Source: Lama glama (lineage: Eukaryota). From it: DNA of 64,000 bases. The stretch covers positions 97,962,001-98,026,000 of the forward strand of contig CM052816.1 in NCBI GenBank assembly GCA_028534125.1, read 5' to 3'. The notes beneath the pieces were generated by a model. The model searched no databases, was not told where the DNA came from, and worked only from the letters and a program-made list of their open reading frames with translations. Shown in pieces: positions 56,203 to 64,000 of this stretch; position 1 is the first letter of the stretch; each line of letters starts with the position of its first letter. A program made the position numbers and the translations under genes.

Positions 56203-57084
56203 AATTGGATTAAAACATATTCACTGTAATTTCGACCTCAGTTCGTCCATTGGTGTGGCCTTCCAGCATCATTGAATCCCAAGCTGTTCTTTGAAATAAT
56301 CATCAACCAATCAGCCCCTCTCCCTTTCGGTCCCAGGGCATGTCTACACTGCCTGCCTGAACCTTGGCTTTACTTGGAGTCCTCTCTCTCTGCAGACTCC
56401 CAGGCAAGTGCACAGAGCAGGGTGTCCCCTTCCCAGCCCCAAGCTCCCAGGGCTGGGGTGATCGGGAGAAGGCACAAAACGCTGGTGAAATGAAGGAGAG
56501 GAAATATGGAAGCAGAGAGAAACGAAAGGATGCATGGCTAGTCCGGTGCGGATGCAGATGCCAGAGACAGTCAACTGGCCAACCTTGGGCAAACTGGAGG
56601 AGCAATGTGGGAGCAGGTGTGGGGAGGTGTACAGAGACTGAGAAGGAGAATTGGGCAGAATCATAATGCACACAGGAATAAAGGGGACGGTGGGGGCCCC
56701 TGGTTACTGGGTTGGGTGAAAGCGAGGAGAAGCCCATAGCAACCAGAGCTAGAAAAGGTCTTTCAGGTGGAAAAGAGAAAGCATCAAAAATTAAAGGCAA
56801 CTATGATCACTGGGAAAAGGCAGAGAAGACAGACATTCTGAAAAAGCTAAGACAAACAAAGGAACTTGTAAACCTAACATTCATGAGGAGGGAGGTGGAG
56901 ATGCTGCGGGAGGGAATGGGCTGATGACATGGAGACGTGCCGGTCACTCACTCGAGGGGTCACTCATGGGCCGAGGGGCCAGCCCCCAGGACAATGAAGG
57001 GAGGTGGGGAATCTGAGATCAGCGTCTCTAGAGGAAAACAAATGGCCAAAACTAACGCGTGTTTTGAAAGAAAGACTCCGTTAG

Positions 57085-57420
57085 GGGCCCGACTGCACCC
57101 CCTGATATTTGTATGTTGAAGCCCTGACCCCCAGCACTCACGGCGTGTTTGCAGAGGGGTCTGCACAGAGGTAACTGCGGTAAAATGAGGTCACGGGTCC
57201 AGCCTGACTGGAGTCCTTATAAGAAGAGGAGATCAGGACACAGACACACACAGAGGGACGACCACACGAGGATGTTGTTTACGAGCCAAGGAGGGAGGCC
57301 TCAGAAGAAACCAGCCCGGCGGACACCCTGATCTTGGACTCCAGCCTCCAGAACGGGGAGAAGTAAGTGTCTGCTGTTTATGAGCCGCCCGGCTGGGGCG
57401 CCCTGCGATTGCAGAAGCCC
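57085..57420 (+). mobile_element. MLT1A/B-type (MaLR) solo LTR
   Basis: tatgttgaagccctgacccccagcac...taaaatgaggtca...gtccttataagaagaggaga...agccaaggagggaggcctcagaagaaacc...atcttggactccagcctccagaac. Confidence 0.8.
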
Positions 57421-60400
57421 TCCGAGGGTGACGCAGGCCAGCCCGGCTCCAGCCTGAAGCCATAGCTGGATGGAAGGAGGGAAGCGGGAGGAGAGGATGG
57501 ATTTATACGGCAACCGGATCTAATCAGGGCAAGACTCCAGAGGAACAGGGAAAAAGATGTTTACATGGACGTTCTTCAAGTAACGCTCTTCACAGTAACA
57601 CTACTTGACAAAATAAGCATCGAGGACCCCCGACTCGCTGTCTCTTGGACGCTAAACTCCAGCCTCCGTCCAGTGTCCACCGGCGTATTTTCTGGCAAGT
57701 AGAAGGATGGCCTTCCAAGGGCACGTGACTAAAAACAAACCTCTTAAAACCAACTCTCGTTTACTAAGACACCAGGAATGATAAATTCAGTGTTTCGAGA
57801 AGGACAAGAAATTCAGATCGCATGGGACGCACACAGGATGAGGGCGGAATTATTTCGGTACTCAGTGTCAGCCAGAAGACACTTTTTGACTGAGTGTCTC
57901 TTTGTTGCTAAAAATGTCCACTTTCCAGGCACTGCAATTACAGTGCACTCAGCACCCTTAACCTTTCTCTGATGAGTCATGGTCTTGCGGCACCTGAAGG
58001 TCATCAGCCCAGCTTCATTCTGCAGTAGTTGTGGATTGCCTGCTGGGCAAGGCTGCTGGCCCCCGGGCCCACGCGCCCCCGGGAGCCCCACGAAGCTGCT
58101 GTGGGGAGCACTGTTGCCCCCTGTGGAGAGGTGCTTCCCCTGCGGGGGGCGGGGACCCAGCCCAGCGGGTCGGTGGACAAGGCAGAGCTCCCAGGAGGAA
58201 GCACAGGCCGCAGCAAGCTGGGAGCAGAGCGCTCTGGGGTCTGTGCAGGGGTGGGGGTGCTCCGTCAGAGCCTGGGCAGGAGGGCAGAGCAGAGGCTGCA
58301 GGGGGCACGGGACCTGGAGGGCTGGGGCGATTCCAGCAGGTGCTGGACCTCGAGTGGGTAATGGCCACACTGCAGGGCAACCTTGTGCAGAAATGGAAGG
58401 GTGCCCCACTCCGAGCCCTGCAGATTGGAAACACTACCTTTCTCTTCACTGATGATTCTTTCTTTTTCCTTCAAGTCACTACCAAACCCGTGTTCTTTTG
58501 TGAGGCTGTCTGCTGCACATTGCTTTGGCTTGTGCAATAATTAAAGTCTTACTGTTTAAGTTTAAAAATACACTGGAAGCACGGCATTCTAAATTTAGCA
58601 CAGTGTGCCTGTTCAAAGTTTGCAAGAAGTAACATTCTAAAGGATTACTCACCCAACCGCAGAGTGAAACCTTCTAGAATATTCTGAAATATTTTCTCAA
58701 ATGCTACTGATCTGTAAATATTGTGACTTACTGACTTGGATGAGTAGCAGAAAGTTAGTGGGGAAATGAGACTGGCGGGAAATGAAGGAAATGAAGATTG
58801 GGTGCAGCGCATCAACATTCACTGTTATCATGCAGAGAGAATAACATGAAAAGGAAAGGAAAATACCAAGCAGTGAATGAATGGGGGACTTGGACATTCA
58901 TGCTTCTGAAAAGTGAGACTGCTTATGAAAAACTCTCCCTTCCCTTTTTCACTCACTCAAACTATGCTTGGCTCCTGAGACGAGTTATATCACCGCATTG
59001 TTCTTTTAAAGACCAAACAAATGACGAAAGTCACTGTAGGTTTAGAAGGCAGGCATGTCAGAGCACTTCCTTGTGGCAGAAATTTTAACATTTCCCTCAG
59101 TCTCTGTGGGCAACTCACTGTCATGGCCCAGTATGGACGTTTCCACTGACTCCATGGGGGCCGTCCCGCAGGAATTTTGGACGACGCTCATTCTGTCCTG
59201 AGTGCACGTGAGTGAGGGAAGTCTTTCATTTTCCCAAGTCCTGTAATAAGTTCATGCTGTCCAGCCCTTCATGGTGGACTGTCTCCTCTCCAATGCGTGG
59301 TCCCTCACACTTGACATCTGACAACTACTTAATGATGCAAGAAAATGAGACAATATAGAGAGGATGCCCCTTGGAAAGTCTCCCTAAGCCACCAGCTGCT
59401 ACTTGAAAGTAGTGGTCTGGTTCAATTACGTTACCCTTGGCAACTGAAGCGAACAGTCACCTGCTGCACCCTCCGGTCTGCCAGTCTGTCCTGCTCCTCA
59501 CGCCGGATTCCCTCCCTTTCTCGGACCTCCAGGAAACCATGCATGTAGCTGTGCTTTGTAAGCAGTAATGCTGAATGCAAGAAATGCTCTGGGATGGGGG
59601 TCTGTCTCGCCCATGGCAGTCACAGGCCCCCGGCCGCGCCTGCTGGCAGAACCCTCACTCCTTTCTCCATGCAGACCTGTGCCTCTTACATCCGCCCATT
59701 GGCTGCATCCGTCATACACCTGCTCCCACATTTGGGTTTGGAGTTCTGGGTTGCAGATGTCTTTCCTGCGGGGGTGCTGACCAAGACCCAGTTCTGAGTT
59801 CCCTGGGGGTCTTCTGGCCACAGAGAGGATGTGAGACCATTTATCCCTTCTTCAACAGGCTGGAAGGGGTTAAGTGCCGGTCACCTGCTCTGGGGCAGCA
59901 TCCTGGCCCCAAAAGCAATCAAGTCAGGTGTCCACCAACAGCAGCTGGGCACATCCTTACCCGAATGGGGAATCAGACTCTTGAGTGGTACGTGGTTGAG
60001 GCCAAGCTGCAGACTGAAGGCCTTTGATATTTTTCTTAGGATAGGGTGACTGGAATGATAGTGGCCAAAAGATTCAATGACAGACAAATAATTAGTTTGC
60101 AGGAGAGAAAAAGAGACATAAATAGATGTGAAAAAACAAAACAAAACAAAACATACCAGTCTGAGCCGTGCTGGGTGGAGCCGCTTCTATTTGCTGGCTA
60201 TGATGCTGAAAACATTACTAACCTAAAGTGGTAGTTATGGTAACACCACCCAGGCCCACACACCGAGACTCAGATACTGTTACAGACTCCACTTCCACCA
60301 AGGAGACAACAGGCTTGGCCCTGCAGGCCAGAAGCACTGGGGGCAGGAGGATGCTCTCATGCCTCTAACGATCTCAGAGCTTGATTTTCAGATTCATATA

Positions 60401-60763
60401 TGGCTAAACTATTGGAAAATCATTGCGTGTACAACAAAACAGCATAAAAAATCTTGGAGGATCGATAAACTGTGTCCCATTCTCTCTCCTTGTGAGAATG
60501 CTGGTTCCACTCATCTGAGCCTTGAGAGTTGGAAAGAACCCTGGAGACATCTAGTCACTGTCCTACCAAATGCAGGGAGCTGTACCCTAGGTTCCAGGCC
60601 AATGCTCAGAGCCTTAACTGACTGAGCAATAGAGAAGGTGGGGGCAGGCACTGGTGCTCTGTTGTTGATCAGCCTCCAACTGTCACAATGTCATGTGTAT
60701 GTATGTAGGTCGAACGTGTCAACTAGATGTCTCCTGAATTTCATTCAAGAAAAGACCTTTCCT

Positions 60764-61824
60764 CCATGAGAAAAACAAAAGGCAAACTACGGAAAGGGAG
60801 AAAATATTTGCAAATGACGCGACTGACAAGGGCTTAATTTCCAGAATATATAAACAGCTCATACAACTTAACAACAACAGCAGCAACAACAAACAAACAA
60901 CCCAATCCAAAAAAGACCTAAACAGAAGACCTAAACAAGCAGTTGTCCAATGAAGACATACAAATGGCCAACAGGCACATGAAAACATGCTCAGTATCGC
61001 TCATTATCAGAGAGATGCAAATCAAAGCTACAGTGGAAAAGTGCACAAATGACAAGTGCTGGAGAGGCTGTGGAGAAAAGGGAATCCTCCTACACTGTTG
61101 GTGGGAATGTAGTTTGGTGCAGCCACTGTGGAAAACAGGATGGAGATTCCTCAAAAACCTAAAAATAGACTTACCATATGATCCAGCAATCCCACTCCTG
61201 GGCATACACTCAGGGGAAATTCTAATTCGAAAAGATAATGCACCCCAGTGTTCACAGCAGCACTATTTACAACAGCCAAGACATGGGAACAGCCTAAATG
61301 TCCATCGACAGATGACTGGATAAAGAAGTTGTGGTAAATTTATATAACAGAATATACTACTCAGCCATAAAAAAAAGAATAAAATAATGCCATTTGTAGC
61401 AACATGGATGGACCTGGAGATCATCAGTCTAAGTAAATAAGCCAGAAAGAGAAAGACAAGTACCAGATGAGATCACTCGTGTGGAATCTAAAAAGACACA
61501 AATGAACTTATTTACAAGACAGAAACAGGTCCACAGACATAGTAGATAACTTATGGTTATGTAGGGGGAGAGGGGTGGGAAGGGATAAATTGGGAGTTTG
61601 AGATTTGCAGATACTGACTACTATATATAAAATAGATGACAATGTCCAGCTGTAGAGCACAGGGAACTATATTCAGTATCTTACAGTGGCGCTTAATGAA
61701 AAAGAATATGAAAAGGAATATATGTATGTACATGTATGACTGAAACATGATACCAGAAGTTGACACAACATTGTAAACTGACTACACTTCAATTAAAAAA
61801 AGAAAGAGAAAAGAGGGGTGAAAA
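60764..61824 (+). mobile_element. 5'-truncated camelid L1 with TSD
   Basis: [16 protein letters not shown]...[24 protein letters not shown] aagaaaagacctttcct (60747-60763) / aagaaaagacccttcct (61825-61841) at a ttc/aaga L1-endonuclease-type site. Confidence 0.93.
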
Positions 61825-62609
61825 AAGAAAAGACCCTTCCTGAAGGTATGAATCAGTAAGGCGAAGGATAGCTGACTACAGGGAAATTCTCTTTCAGTTG
61901 GAGTGAGAACATTCGTGTTCATTTTGTGTGACCTGTGATAGCTGCTGGAATCCACAGCGTTGAACAAATTTTAAGTTTAATTTTGAAACAGTTTCTCATC
62001 TTGGAACAAAATGGTAGCCAAAAAGTTTTCAAGTGGACATAGGACTCTGTAATAAAGAAAGGGCCTGAACAATACGTAAAGGTACCAAAGTGCATTGAGA
62101 GATGATACTGGTAAGTGTTTTAAGTAATAATATTCTTCTATGTAATTTTCGAACTTAGCAGCAGCAAAAAAATTAAGCTAATTTAAAGATGCCACTAACA
62201 AATAGGATTCTTAGAGAGCAAAGCTGGAAAGGTGAAAACACAGCTCTTGAATCTGTGTTTGGATGATGACATAATCACGGTTATTATCAGATATCAACAC
62301 CCAATGATGCAGAATGACTTGATGATGAGATGAGTCCACCAAGAGGGGTGGTGGTTTTGAGAAGGCGAAGAGGAGGCTATCCTGTAACTTTTGTGAATAT
62401 TTGTAAGATTACAGTCAAGTACAAAAAAATTTGAGCCAACTGGACGTCAAGATTGTTCTCAAATACTGATAGTTATGAAAATAGATCCCTTCATGTAATA
62501 ATGAATGTCAAACGTAAACCCAATTCTGGGACTTCTGTCATGCTTTTTTCTTCTGTATTTGTTTCAATAAAGTTTTACCTTTTTTAAAAGAAGGAACATC
62601 TCTTGATCA

Positions 62610-62760
62610 CCTCCTCTATGCAAGGCACCTGCCTGCATCACTTCCTTTGAGCATCACGATTCACCTATGAAGTGGAATTATGCTCCTCTTCTTCAGGTGA
62701 GGCACCTGTGGCTCAGGGAGGTGGCTACCTGCCCAGCAGGGAAGCAGGCTTGGGAGAAGG
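62610..62760. mobile_element. MIR fragment
   Basis: cctatgaagtggaattatgctcctcttcttcaggtgaggcacctgtggctcagggaggtggctacctgccc resembles the MIR core. Confidence 0.55.
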
Positions 62761-64000
62761 GGTGGTCCTGGAGCCCTGACCCTGCTAGAGGCCCATGGCT
62801 TTATCCCAACCCCACCCCCACCTCCCCAACAAGACCATGGTAAGACTGACATGTACGTTGGGATCCTGAAACTCATTCTCAGAGGTTCTTGCCATGAACT
62901 GCATGATAAGCTTTAAGTTCTTTCCCAAGATAGCTGTCAACACTTAGAGCCATGCACTCACTACCTCGGAGTTCTTTGGGCCATGCATCCTCAAAGGAAC
63001 ATCAGCTTGGATGGAAAAAAAGTCTCTATTTTCATTAAGTCCTAATTGTAGTTCTGCACTTCATTTAATAATGATTAGAAGTAACAAACCAGAGCAGATT
63101 TAGCATTGTCTTGATTTTGTCACCAACAGAAATCCCATCTAGTTAAAAGTCATATTACAGATGTTGTAGATACTTGAAATGTCATCAGTGCACCTTGCTG
63201 TGTCCAGCTAGGACGGTAGGTGGACTTGCCTCTGGATCTTGATACTAAATGTGTTAATAAAGATGCACTTCTTAATTTCGTATTGTTGTTCATGACTTTT
63301 TAAAAAATGTGGTAACTATTTTTAAGTATGATTGTTTTCCTTTGAAAGCTGGTGAATTTTATTTTGTGCATTTAAAAACACTATTCTCAGGAGGGATCTA
63401 TAGATATCCCCACATTCTGAGGGTACATGTGGTCCTCCAGGTGGCCTTGTGGGGTCAGAGGTGGCAGGAAAGGGCTCCTGGGGTCTCTGTTTCCTCTCTA
63501 TCTGCAAGAATAACTACAAAGCATCCATCTCTCTTGTCTATGAAAAGACAGATGCCAGGATCCCCTTTTAAATAAAATTACTAAAAAAATCACCATAATC
63601 CAATCCAACAGAGTTCAAAATCATTTTGTTAGTTTTATTTATGAATTAAAATAATTTCCTTTAAGCTTTATGTAATTTTCCTGGTTGACCCTACAGTTAG
63701 AGAAACTGTCTTTTATGAGCTAAGATGATATTTCATAGTATACATTATAAAAGTGATCAAAGGACAGACACGCACATGTACAAGGCGGGGGCGGAATCAC
63801 AGTGGCCACTCTGGGACGTCATCCGTGTTAGTTTCAGGTATTTTTCACTGGATGAAGGACCTTTCCCCACAGATCTGTGGGGCTCTGCCTTCCCCCAGGC
63901 CACAGGAGGGGTTCCGACCTCAGGGGAATGTTTTCCCACGCACGGGAGCTGGGGAGGAAACTCCCCTGAGAAATAGTCCTCAAAGTGAGAGTCAAGAAAT

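Noticed and set aside
9600..64000. UBE2QL1 or a LINC01018 orthologue expected from human synteny
   Set aside because: No UBE2QL1-like coding sequence is visible on either strand, and a lncRNA orthologue cannot be identified from sequence alone.

Overview
Mammalian genomic DNA, very probably a camelid (alpaca/llama/camel), judged from Vic-1-like tRNA-derived SINEs and young camelid-type L1 3' ends. Positions 1-~9.5 kb hold the 3' half of NSUN2 (RNA cytosine-5 methyltransferase) on the + strand: ten coding exons matching human exons 10-19, all GT-AG, in phase and ending at TGA 8871-8873, then a 3'UTR with three AATAAA signals. The remaining ~54 kb has no recognisable protein-coding gene. It is GC-rich intergenic sequence with L1, L2, MIR, MaLR/ERVL LTRs, hAT MITEs and SINEs, simple repeats, and two assembly gaps (100 N, 500 N). 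Almost all long six-frame ORFs are chance ORFs or decayed L1 ORF2. I did not find a convincing previously undescribed biological system. The most interesting observations are: a short interstitial telomeric array inside a MaLR LTR; a twin-primed (5'-inverted) L1 with intact TSDs and a large internal deletion; local AT-to-GC-shifted patches in old L1 copies; orphan CpG-rich islands; an Oct/Sox motif cluster; and CTCF-like motifs. Repeat family names and human exon numbers/sizes are from recall, not from a database search.
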